Positions 24,777-32,000 of a stretch of 32,000 nucleotides of DNA are shown here, in pieces (position 1 is the first letter of the stretch; every line of letters starts with the position of its first letter). The notes below the pieces were generated by a model. It made no database searches. It saw only the letters and a program-made list of their open reading frames with translations, and was not told the origin of the DNA. Origin of the DNA: Acaryochloris thomasi RCC1774 (GTDB taxonomy: Bacteria > Cyanobacteriota > Cyanobacteriia > Thermosynechococcales > Thermosynechococcaceae); the NCBI RefSeq assembly GCF_003231495.1, contig NZ_PQWO01000004.1:330001-362000 (forward strand), read 5' to 3'. Made by a program: the position numbers and the translations under genes.

Positions 24777-25718
24777 TTACTCTTTTACAAGTCGAAAGCC
24801 AAACAAAATATGGCGAGAGCCTAACGGACGCGCATGGCGATAGGCGGCGCGGCAGAATCCTGGCAGATCGTCCCAGCCGCACCCCTTCATAACGGTCGCC
24901 GGTTTCCCTTTGCGTTCGGTGCGGGTGGAGGTGTATTCAAAGACATTGCCTGCCATGTCTTCAACGCCGTAGGGACTGCGACTGAGGGGATAGGCTCCAA
25001 TCTCGCTCGTCCGGTCTTGCCCGCTACCGGCCCAGTTTGTGGCATCGTCTTGCCATTGATCGCCCCAGGGGAAATATTGGCCCTTTGTTCCCCGCGCGGC
25101 TTTCTCCCATTCGAGGGCGGTGGGGAGTCGATAGGTGGTTCCGTCCTGCTTCCCTTTCCATTGAGCATAGGCTTGGGCATCGGCATAGGAGAGCAGCACA
25201 ACGGGATGTTTGGCGTCTCCGGCGGGGTGCTGATTGCCCTGCCAGAGATAAGGCGCAACGGTGCTGTAGGGATGCACCAGAAATCCCTGGTTTTGGTAGT
25301 CTGCTTCTGAAATTCCAGGAGGTTGGTGATCGGTGGCCTGGATAAAGGATTGATAGTCGGCGTTGGTCACGAGATTGCGGCTGATGCAGAAGGTGGGTTG
25401 CGATCGCATCTCCCGTTCTGGTTCATTATCAAACCAACGACTTTGACGCAGCTCTTGTTCATCGGGTGCGGTAGGGACGGTATCGGCAGAAATTTGATAG
25501 GCATAGTCCTGCTCTTTGCGATCGCTCCCCGCAATAAACTCTCCGGCCTCAATCAAAATAAATCCCGATTCCACCGCGCACTCAGAGCGAGAGATTTTGT
25601 CCTGAGATTTTTGAGGGCCTGTTCCTGAAGCATCACATTGAGCGAGCCCCAAACAAAGTGCTAGTACCAGCCCAGAGTGGAGTGTTTTAGGAACGCTTTG
25701 CAGCTTCAACTTAGCCAA
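24777..25718 (-). CDS. Formylglycine-generating-enzyme (SUMF1/FGE) domain lipoprotein
   Basis: Lipobox LGLAQC near the N-terminus. FGE-type motifs include RLPTALEWEKAARG, PWGDQW, YGVEDMAGNVFEY and RGGSW-like GCGWDD. TTG start. Confidence 0.85.
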   Translation of the reverse strand: MAKLKLQSVPKTLHSGLVLALCLGLAQCDASGTGPQKSQDKISRSECAVESGFILIEAGEFIAGSDRKEQDYAYQISADTVPTAPDEQELRQSRWFDNEPEREMRSQPTFCISRNLVTNADYQSFIQATDHQPPGISEADYQNQGFLVHPYSTVAPYLWQGNQHPAGDAKHPVVLLSYADAQAYAQWKGKQDGTTYRLPTALEWEKAARGTKGQYFPWGDQWQDDATNWAGSGQDRTSEIGAYPLSRSPYGVEDMAGNVFEYTSTRTERKGKPATVMKGCGWDDLPGFCRAAYRHARPLGSRHILFGFRLVKE

Positions 25719-25848
25719 CTTGCTAAAGCTCTCTCTTTATTTTTCATTTAAACATTAACTATTGATGCGTCTGTCTGTATAAAACCCCATTGTTTGCAAC
25801 AATAAAATAAGATTAACAATTGTTCCAAGGGATTAAGGAGAAAAGCAG

Positions 25849-26109
25849 TTGTTCACACCAACATTACTAGCTGTTGCAGTTCGCGCTGTTGATTGGAGCC
25901 CCAACGTGGCTGTTGTCATGATTGCCTGCAACGTTTTGGCAATGGTTTTTGCAAAGCTAACGGTCCAAAAACCCAACGAAGGTCCGGCTGCTCCTGCTGC
26001 TAGCTTCTTCGGCGATTTTAGTATGGGCGCAGTTCTCGGAACTTGGTGCCTAGGACATGCCTTTGGTGCCGGTGCTATCTTGGGTCTAACCCAGTTGGGC
26101 GCGCTCTAA
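25849..26109 (+). CDS. psaK: Photosystem I reaction centre subunit PsaK
   Basis: 86 aa; ...WSPNVAVVMIACNVLAMVFAK...GAVLGTWCLGHAFGAGAILGL... aligns along its full length with the cyanobacterial PsaK I recall. TTG start, 8 nt after AAGGAG. Confidence 0.9.
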   Translation: MFTPTLLAVAVRAVDWSPNVAVVMIACNVLAMVFAKLTVQKPNEGPAAPAASFFGDFSMGAVLGTWCLGHAFGAGAILGLTQLGAL

Positions 26110-26145
26110 ATTTTTTGATTTGTCTCCTTGTGTTGTTTGAATCTA

Positions 26146-26172
26146 CCAGAGGCTCCAGCCTCTGGTTTTTTA
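26146..26172 (+). terminator. Rho-independent terminator after psaK; it could act bidirectionally for the convergent TetR-family gene
   Basis: CCAGAGGCT (26146-26154) pairs perfectly with AGCCTCTGG (26157-26165). A T6 run follows at 26166-26171. Confidence 0.7.
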
Positions 26173-26181
26173 TTGCAAGAT

Positions 26182-26898
26182 TCAGCAGGCTGGAGCCAAG
26201 ATTCCGTGTAAAAAGACGTCGGCTAGCAGTTCAGCCATATCTTTCTGCTCTTTAGGGGAACGAGCCTCTGTTAGTGTGTCCTGACTAAATCCGGCAATCA
26301 TAAACATGCCTAAAAAGATGCGGGCCACCAGCTCTGGGTTGAGCGACCGATAGACCCCTCGATCAATGCCGGTTTGGATAAAGGCTTCGGTGACGCTTTG
26401 CATTTTGCCAATCACGTCGGTTTCGATGCGCTCTCGCAGTTCTGGATGGTACTGGGCTTCCATGAAGCAGACTCGCATCATGTCACCGTGTTCATGGAGG
26501 TGCAGCATCCGTTTTTGCATCACCTTAGAAACCGCTTTGTAGCTCGCGACTTCACTCAGCTCGGTTAACAGGTCCGTGAGCATCTCGCTCCAGCCCTGGG
26601 TGACGACCGCCGCTAGAATCGACTTCTTATTGTCAAAATGCCGGAAGAGGGTGCCTTCAGCGACGCCTGCTTTTTCTGCTAATTGTCGAGTGGTGGTCTT
26701 TTCAAAACCTTGGCGTGCGAATAAATGCTGTGCGGCCGTCAGTATGCGGCTATTGAGATCTGGCTCTGCCTGTTGCAGAGGACGAGAACGTTGCATGGGG
26801 ATAGCCGTAAAGAACTTGCATACATTGTTGACCGGATTGCTACCGTTGTGTGGTTGCTTTGACGTTTCTTTAGAAATACAATAATTTTTCTGAGCCAT
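26182..26898 (-). CDS. TetR/AcrR family transcriptional regulator
   Basis: The HTH RILTAAQHLFARQGFEKTTTRQLAEKAGVAEGTLFRHFDNKKSIL is typical of TetR. The true start may be the internal ATG at 26796, giving 204 aa and a more typical N-terminus. Confidence 0.85.
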   Translation of the reverse strand: MAQKNYCISKETSKQPHNGSNPVNNVCKFFTAIPMQRSRPLQQAEPDLNSRILTAAQHLFARQGFEKTTTRQLAEKAGVAEGTLFRHFDNKKSILAAVVTQGWSEMLTDLLTELSEVASYKAVSKVMQKRMLHLHEHGDMMRVCFMEAQYHPELRERIETDVIGKMQSVTEAFIQTGIDRGVYRSLNPELVARIFLGMFMIAGFSQDTLTEARSPKEQKDMAELLADVFLHGILAPAC

Positions 26899-26984
26899 AC
26901 CTCCGTTTTTAGGTTTATCTTTGCTTTTTCACAAAAGGCGGTGTTGCTGGCTTTGACAGAATCCAGTTGTTAATTGTCAAAACG

Positions 26985-27419
26985 ATGCCACCCCTAAAGC
27001 CCGAGGATGACACGCTCCGTTATTTGCTGACCTATGCCAAGGTGATCGCGGTGGTGGGCCATTCTGAAAAGTCCCATCGAGATAGCTATCAGGTAGCCCA
27101 TTTTTTACGCGAGGCGGGCTATCAGGTGTACCCCATCAATCCGCGCGTCACTGAAATTGACGGACATCTCAGCTATGCTTCTTTGCGAGATGTACCGGCC
27201 CCTATTGATATTGTGAATGTCTTTCGTCGGGCTGAGTTTTTGCCCGAGATTGTGGCAGATACGATCGCAACGCAAGCGGCAACCCTCTGGACCCAACTCG
27301 GCATTTCAGACCTGGGTGCAGCAGAACAGGCCACCCAAGCAGGGCTTAACGTAATCATGGATGCCTGTATCAAAACCGAGCATCAGCGACTGCAGATTCA
27401 TAACCTGGCGCTAGATTAG
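26985..27419 (+). CDS. CoA-binding domain protein (YccU/YneT-like)
   Basis: IAVVGHSEKSHRDSYQVAHFLREAGYQVYPINPR matches the CoA_binding_2 pattern. I prefer the ATG at 26985 over the TTG at 26967. Confidence 0.8.
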   Translation: MPPLKPEDDTLRYLLTYAKVIAVVGHSEKSHRDSYQVAHFLREAGYQVYPINPRVTEIDGHLSYASLRDVPAPIDIVNVFRRAEFLPEIVADTIATQAATLWTQLGISDLGAAEQATQAGLNVIMDACIKTEHQRLQIHNLALD

Positions 27420-27469
27420 CGATCGCCATCGGCAGTTATAATCCGCTAGCGACACTAAAGAGTAAAAGT

Positions 27470-28198
27470 TTAGTAGCTAATTTGCAGGGTCACAGATGAG
27501 CGAACGGCCTGCTCGCCACCGATGATAGGTTGGGACGAGGCTTCTGCCGCTAACGCTCGGTTGACGGGGCGAGGGGGGAGCGGAGATGAAGCACCGTTGA
27601 CCTGGATACCCACAATCTCTTTAGGGGCGAAGCCCAGGGACTCTAAGACTGCCTTGGCCTGTGCTTGAGCTTCTTGGGTGGCGTCCTGGAGCGCGGCTTT
27701 TTGAGCGGTTGCGATCGCATCTTCCGTCGCCATAAACGACACGCCATCGATGCGGCTGGCTCCCGCCTTCACCGATGCATCCATCAGGGGACCGGCATTC
27801 TCGATCTCGGTTTGAAAACTGACGATATTGCGGCCTTGGTACCCCACAAGCTGGCGTTTTCTGCCTTCGTTGTATTTATAGTCTGCATTTAAGCTGATGC
27901 CCGTCGTTTGCAGCTTATCCACCTTCCGTGACTCCAGTAGCTTGACCACCGCACTGGAGCGCCGCGCCACCTCTGCCTGCACCGCCTCCGCCGATGGGCC
28001 CTGCACCTCAACCCCAAGCCGGACCGTTGCCAATGTAGTTTGAATGTTCTCGATGCCCTGTCCCGTGACGGTGAGGGTTCGAAGTAACGGCTCCTGTGCT
28101 CTGACCGGTAGGGCTGTGACCAGACTTAAAACGATTGCCGCAGACAATGAAAGCGAGTGAGCACGATAGGGCTGCAGCCAGTTAGAAAAATAAGACAT
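27470..28198 (-). CDS. SIMPL domain (DUF541) periplasmic protein
   Basis: A signal peptide ending ALPVRAQEP, then LTVTGQGIENIQTTLATVRLGVEVQGPSAEAVQAEV..., typical of SIMPL/26-kDa periplasmic proteins. I chose the ATG at 28198. Confidence 0.8.
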   Translation of the reverse strand: MSYFSNWLQPYRAHSLSLSAAIVLSLVTALPVRAQEPLLRTLTVTGQGIENIQTTLATVRLGVEVQGPSAEAVQAEVARRSSAVVKLLESRKVDKLQTTGISLNADYKYNEGRKRQLVGYQGRNIVSFQTEIENAGPLMDASVKAGASRIDGVSFMATEDAIATAQKAALQDATQEAQAQAKAVLESLGFAPKEIVGIQVNGASSPLPPRPVNRALAAEASSQPIIGGEQAVRSSVTLQISY

Positions 28199-28327
28199 AG
28201 TCTTCCCCACAACGAACATCTAAAACTATAGTCTTCGATTGTCTTAACTGAGTTCCATACCGCAGCCGAAACCTGCCGCGCTGGATTGCGATGGCCCAGG
28301 CCTACCTTCGGTAATCGCAACCTTCTT

Positions 28328-29485
28328 TCAACGGAGAGCAACCTCAGGTTTTTGAAACATCTGACTATAGAATCGCTCAAGCTGATCAAGATTCTGTGTT
28401 AGATCGTAGCGTTCAAGCACCCGCTCTCGCGCCTTCTGCCCTAGAATTTTGACAATTTCGGGATGATCGATCAGCATCGGTAGCAGGGTCTGTAGCTCTC
28501 CCTTGGCCCGCTGAGGATTAAGGACAATGCCGGCTCCCTTTTCTAAAACTTCGCCGTCAGCCCCCGCATCAGTTGCTAGACAAGCAACACCACAGGCCAT
28601 GCCTTCTAATAAAGAGAGCGAAAGCCCCTCAACAAAGGAGGGCAAAATAAACACGTCTGCCCCTCGGAGAATTTCAATGCGGCGGTGTTCATCGGTCACC
28701 GTTCCCAGCCAAATAATATTGTGTTCCGAGCTATAGGTGGGCATCAAACCGTTCCGTAGAGGCCCGTCGCCCATCAGCAGCAGCTTGGCTTGACTGGGCA
28801 TATCAGATTGCCGCCATGCTTTCAGCAGCGATTCTACATTTTTTTCAATGGCAATCCGGCCCTGGTAAACATATAAGTGCTCGGCATCAAATTCGGCCTT
28901 AGCGCTGGACGGCCCTGGGCTGTATTTCGCCGTATCCACCCCATTGGGAATCACCACCAAGATTTCGGGTGGGACCCCAAGGCGCATTAACAAATCTCGC
29001 TGTGCCTTCGAGAACACAATCACCGCGTTGTAGTTTGCCAGCGAAGGCGCGTAAAGCTGATACATAAAGTGCTGCGTCCCTGCCGATAGACTCAGATGCT
29101 TATGGCTAAAGGGCGGGTGGAATGTTGCCACTAAGGGCACCCCTAACTCCTGGCAGATTTCCGGCAGCATGAAATCAAGGGGCGATAGCGTCAAAGACGC
29201 GTGAACGACGTCTGGCTTCAGCGCCGCTAACGATTGGGCCAGCACCTTGCTCGAACGCAGCGTTGGGATGGTGTAGACCTGGGATTTGTATAAAAACGGG
29301 AGTGAAACTTCCTTGCACTCTGAGAGTAGCTCTGGAACAGCGCAGTTGGCCGCCTCTTCTTCATCTTGAGAAAAATGCAGAAAGCTCACCAGATAACCTC
29401 GATCTAGGAGCCTATTGGTGATCTCTCGACCATAGGTGACATTGCCGCAAGGCGGCGATTTTTTCCCAATCCAGGCAATGTGCAT
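28328..29485 (-). CDS. Glycosyltransferase family 4 (GT-B, group 1)
   Basis: The EX7E region is PSFVEGLSLSLLEGMACGVACLATDAGADGEV, with an N-terminal GT4 domain pattern. Confidence 0.85.
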   Translation of the reverse strand: MHIAWIGKKSPPCGNVTYGREITNRLLDRGYLVSFLHFSQDEEEAANCAVPELLSECKEVSLPFLYKSQVYTIPTLRSSKVLAQSLAALKPDVVHASLTLSPLDFMLPEICQELGVPLVATFHPPFSHKHLSLSAGTQHFMYQLYAPSLANYNAVIVFSKAQRDLLMRLGVPPEILVVIPNGVDTAKYSPGPSSAKAEFDAEHLYVYQGRIAIEKNVESLLKAWRQSDMPSQAKLLLMGDGPLRNGLMPTYSSEHNIIWLGTVTDEHRRIEILRGADVFILPSFVEGLSLSLLEGMACGVACLATDAGADGEVLEKGAGIVLNPQRAKGELQTLLPMLIDHPEIVKILGQKARERVLERYDLTQNLDQLERFYSQMFQKPEVALR

Positions 29486-29500
29486 TCAGCTTAGATCGTC

Positions 29501-30979
29501 TCAAGACTCCACGGAGGATTGTTCTGAGTACAAAGACCCAGTATCGGCAATATACCAGGATAGGAGTCCCCCTGTAACCACAAGGCTCGCTAAACCTAGA
29601 AAGACAGGGCCTAATCCCCAAGCTGTTTCTGCCAGTCCAGCCAGGGCTAGGGGCAGGCTGAGCGCAATGTTCACCGCATTATTCTGAAGGCCGAAGACTT
29701 TGCCCCGCATTTCCTCCGGCGTACGGGATTGAATCGTGGTCTGCATCGGCACCCCAACGAGGGCGGCAAAGGCTCCGAGACCAAAGAGACAGCCTAAGAC
29801 GCCCCAGAGAGACTGGGTGGTAAATGCCAGACCAGCAAGCATCACCGCCATGCCCATCGAGCCATAGAAGCTGAGCCGATGGGGTTTAACTCGATGGCCC
29901 AGTTGGCCCAGAAGGGCGACGCTGAGCGCCATGCCAACCCCGCCAGCCGCCAAGAGAAAACCAAATTGAGAGGCTTCTAGAGCGGGCAAAATCTCAGCTA
30001 GACGAACGACTAATACGGCTAGAGCCGCAAAGACAGAAAATAAAATCACGAGCTGAATTAAGGCACCCCGCACCTGCCTTTGCTGACCGAGGTAGCGCAG
30101 CCCATCCTTGATGTCAGCCCAAACGTGAGCGTCTTCAGCATCAGAATCGTTCGCTGATTCGCCGGTGACCAGTAGGCACAAGAGCAGTCCAGCGACTCCG
30201 TAGCTTCCACCCACCACCACCATAGCCCCCAAATCGCGAGTCCCAGCCCAGGTGTCGGTGAAGGTGCTGGCTAAGGCTAGAAGAGGTTCACCCGCTGCGA
30301 AGCCCGCAATGACGGCTAGCATCATCGTGAAGGTATAAAGGGCATTGGCACTCAGCAGGTGCTCTCGTGGCACCACCAGCGGGATCGCAGCCTGCTCTGC
30401 AGGGGCAAAGAACTGGGTCAGAGCCGAGACTAAAAAGGTGACCAACAGCAGCAGCCAAAATCCGAAAGGAACCCCCATCCACTCCAGACCTGGTTGGAGA
30501 GCCGCCAAGGTCGGGAACAGCAAGAGAACTAGCACTCCTCGAACGATATTCGTGAGCACTAGGGTGGGGCGTTTCGGCCATCGATCAACGTAGACTCCAG
30601 CAATAGAGCCAAACAAAACGGCTGGGATTGTAAAGGCAATCATGATCGACGAAACCCAGCCGCTGATGGTCTGATCGGCTTCTTGAAATCGACTGCTGAT
30701 CAGAGCAATCATCAGCACCAGGTAAAACTTATCGGCCACCTGAGAGAAGACCTGCCCCGCCCACAGCATCAAAAAGTTGCGGTTCTGCAAGACAGGTCCG
30801 AAGCCTTGTGCTTCAGTCTCTTCGACCTCTACGGAGTGCGGATTAGACAGCTCGCTAACGGGTTTTTTCTCGGCGTTTGCGGATGCAGGCTTCGATCGAG
30901 GCGGCGAGGTCGGTCGCCGACCGCTTGGGTAAGTCTTAGGAGACTTCGGATCAGATTTTGGGTCACGGATAGAGGTCAT
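29501..30979 (-). CDS. MFS transporter with a ~60-aa Pro/Ser/Lys-rich N-terminal extension
   Basis: 12-TM-type hydrophobic profile with the MFS-like loop YVDRWPKRP. The ATG overlaps the recO stop (ATGA at 30976-30979). Confidence 0.85.
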   Translation of the reverse strand: MTSIRDPKSDPKSPKTYPSGRRPTSPPRSKPASANAEKKPVSELSNPHSVEVEETEAQGFGPVLQNRNFLMLWAGQVFSQVADKFYLVLMIALISSRFQEADQTISGWVSSIMIAFTIPAVLFGSIAGVYVDRWPKRPTLVLTNIVRGVLVLLLFPTLAALQPGLEWMGVPFGFWLLLLVTFLVSALTQFFAPAEQAAIPLVVPREHLLSANALYTFTMMLAVIAGFAAGEPLLALASTFTDTWAGTRDLGAMVVVGGSYGVAGLLLCLLVTGESANDSDAEDAHVWADIKDGLRYLGQQRQVRGALIQLVILFSVFAALAVLVVRLAEILPALEASQFGFLLAAGGVGMALSVALLGQLGHRVKPHRLSFYGSMGMAVMLAGLAFTTQSLWGVLGCLFGLGAFAALVGVPMQTTIQSRTPEEMRGKVFGLQNNAVNIALSLPLALAGLAETAWGLGPVFLGLASLVVTGGLLSWYIADTGSLYSEQSSVES

Positions 30980-31884
30980 GACTTTACAGAACGGGGCACA
31001 GTGGGAGCAAAACAGGTTTCAAGCAGGCTGGCAGAACGGATGGGCTGCTCAAAGTAATACTGAACATAGTGGCGCAGTGCCCGCTCTAGGGACATCCACA
31101 CTGCGATTGATTCCTGGCGACTGAGGGGCGAGAGCGGTGCTTCAGAGGGGGCTGCTGCTTCTCCCCCTTGCTCAATCGATTGCGATAGCAGTTGCAGGAG
31201 CCTTAGCTCTATGGCGTTGAGCTTTGTCTGCTCTCGGTTTCGGGCCTTTCGGATCGGCCCTCGGCGGTCGCTCGCGACAAATTTTGAGACCGGCTTGCTT
31301 TGCCACTGCTCTTGATTCCAGGCAGACAGAGCCACGGCCCCGCCTGAGCTAGGGCTAAAGCCTACGCGCCAGTCTGGGTCAGACAGGTTGGGGATCAGAG
31401 GCTCCTGGGTGATGCAGCATGCGTTGACTTGAGGGGCAATCCCAGCCCAGTCCAAGAGCTGATAGATGCCTTCAATCAAGGAGACAGGAATCTGGTCTGG
31501 GTCTGTTTGTTCGAGTTCAGCGAGCCGGTCACAGAGAAAGTCGAAAAGCTCGGGCTGGGGCTGTCCGCTCAGGGCTTGATGAAGAACAAGTTCTGCCCAG
31601 TACTGAGCCACCGTTAACTTGGCGAGGTCGCGGCTGAGACCGGGGTAAGAAACCAATGTTTCTGCCTGCGAAAGGCGATCCAGGGAGCGCCCCTCAGACA
31701 TCACTAAGTTATTGACGACGAATAAGGAACTGCGGCCCCCTAGTTTTGATTTGGGTTTGCGGGCTCCCCCGGCAACAGCGCGGACTAAGCCTCGTTCCCG
31801 TGTCAAAATCGTGAGCAGCCGGTCGGCTTCGCCCAGCGCCATGCTTTTGAGGTTGATTCCTGTCGCTTTATAAACTCGGCTCAT
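30976..31884 (-). CDS. recO: DNA repair protein RecO
   Basis: The N-terminal OB-fold pattern is YKATGINLKSMALGEADRLLTILTRERGLVRAVAGGARKPKSKLGGR. I chose the ATG at 31884; the track ORF starts at 31902. Confidence 0.85.
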   Translation of the reverse strand: MSRVYKATGINLKSMALGEADRLLTILTRERGLVRAVAGGARKPKSKLGGRSSLFVVNNLVMSEGRSLDRLSQAETLVSYPGLSRDLAKLTVAQYWAELVLHQALSGQPQPELFDFLCDRLAELEQTDPDQIPVSLIEGIYQLLDWAGIAPQVNACCITQEPLIPNLSDPDWRVGFSPSSGGAVALSAWNQEQWQSKPVSKFVASDRRGPIRKARNREQTKLNAIELRLLQLLSQSIEQGGEAAAPSEAPLSPLSRQESIAVWMSLERALRHYVQYYFEQPIRSASLLETCFAPTVPRSVKS

Positions 31885-32000
31885 GCTAGGCTGCTCATTC
31901 AATCGTGACTCGCGCAGGAAAAGTAGTCGTTGTGGCTATAGGGCACGTAGCTTCGCTACGCTAGAGATTCAGCCTGTTGCTGAATTAGATCGAGACCTCT

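Noticed and set aside
24834-25628. Several long ORFs (158, 123, 102, 101 aa) overlapping or antisense to the FGE-domain gene. Similar shadow ORFs occur inside the MFS gene (30288-30593, 30683-31057), the ABC gene (4979-5426) and the CaCA gene (395-769, 1070-1288).
   Set aside because: They lie inside strongly supported genes. Their sequences are low-complexity (Arg/Pro/Gly-rich), typical of off-frame translation of GC-rich coding DNA. They show no motifs or ribosome-binding sites.
25741-25848. Looked for an HLR1-type RpaB site (direct repeats of [G/T]TTACA[T/A][T/A]) upstream of psaK.
   Set aside because: I could find only loose resemblances (tttaaacattaact) and no convincing pair of repeats with the 2-nt spacing.
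1-32000. Scanned for CRISPR repeats, rRNA, tRNA, integrase/transposase genes, long tandem repeats and IS terminal inverted repeats.
   Set aside because: I saw none by eye. Short structured RNAs cannot be excluded without tRNAscan or Infernal.

Overview
This looks like a cyanobacterial chromosome segment. I found 23 HIP1 octamers (GCGATCGC) by eye, a psaK gene and a group-3 sigma factor. I can support about 36 CDSs. I saw no rRNA, tRNA, CRISPR array, integrase or recognisable IS element. Most of the window is ordinary core content: CaCA antiporter, ABC exporter, MATE exporter, Old Yellow Enzyme reductase, thioredoxin with a divergent ArsR regulator, TRAP binding protein, YegP, recA, HU, an SF1B helicase, sigma factor, FGE-like lipoprotein, psaK, TetR, a CoA-binding protein, SIMPL, and a recO-MFS-GT4 operon. 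The part worth attention is a ~3.7 kb accessory islet at ~14.8-18.5 kb, near the window centre, attached to the 3' end of a saccharopine-dehydrogenase-family gene. It has four parts. (i) A translationally coupled 136-aa protein plus HNH endonuclease cassette sits exactly between two diverged copies of the host gene's last ~270 nt. The downstream copy is frameshifted, and the homology starts at a HIP1 site. (ii) An AT-richer, ATGA-coupled pair encodes an ABC-type (AAA_15/21-like) ATPase and a DUF4276-like Toprim protein. This is a split OLD/PARIS-like architecture that I do not recognise as a characterised defence system, and it is my best candidate for the novel system. (iii) A RelE/ParE-type toxin-antitoxin pair lies on the opposite strand. 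(iv) A second TA module (BrnT/BrnA) lies at 6.9-7.4 kb, next to a ~640 bp AT-rich, ORF-poor stretch. All family calls come from motif recognition by eye. No searches were run.
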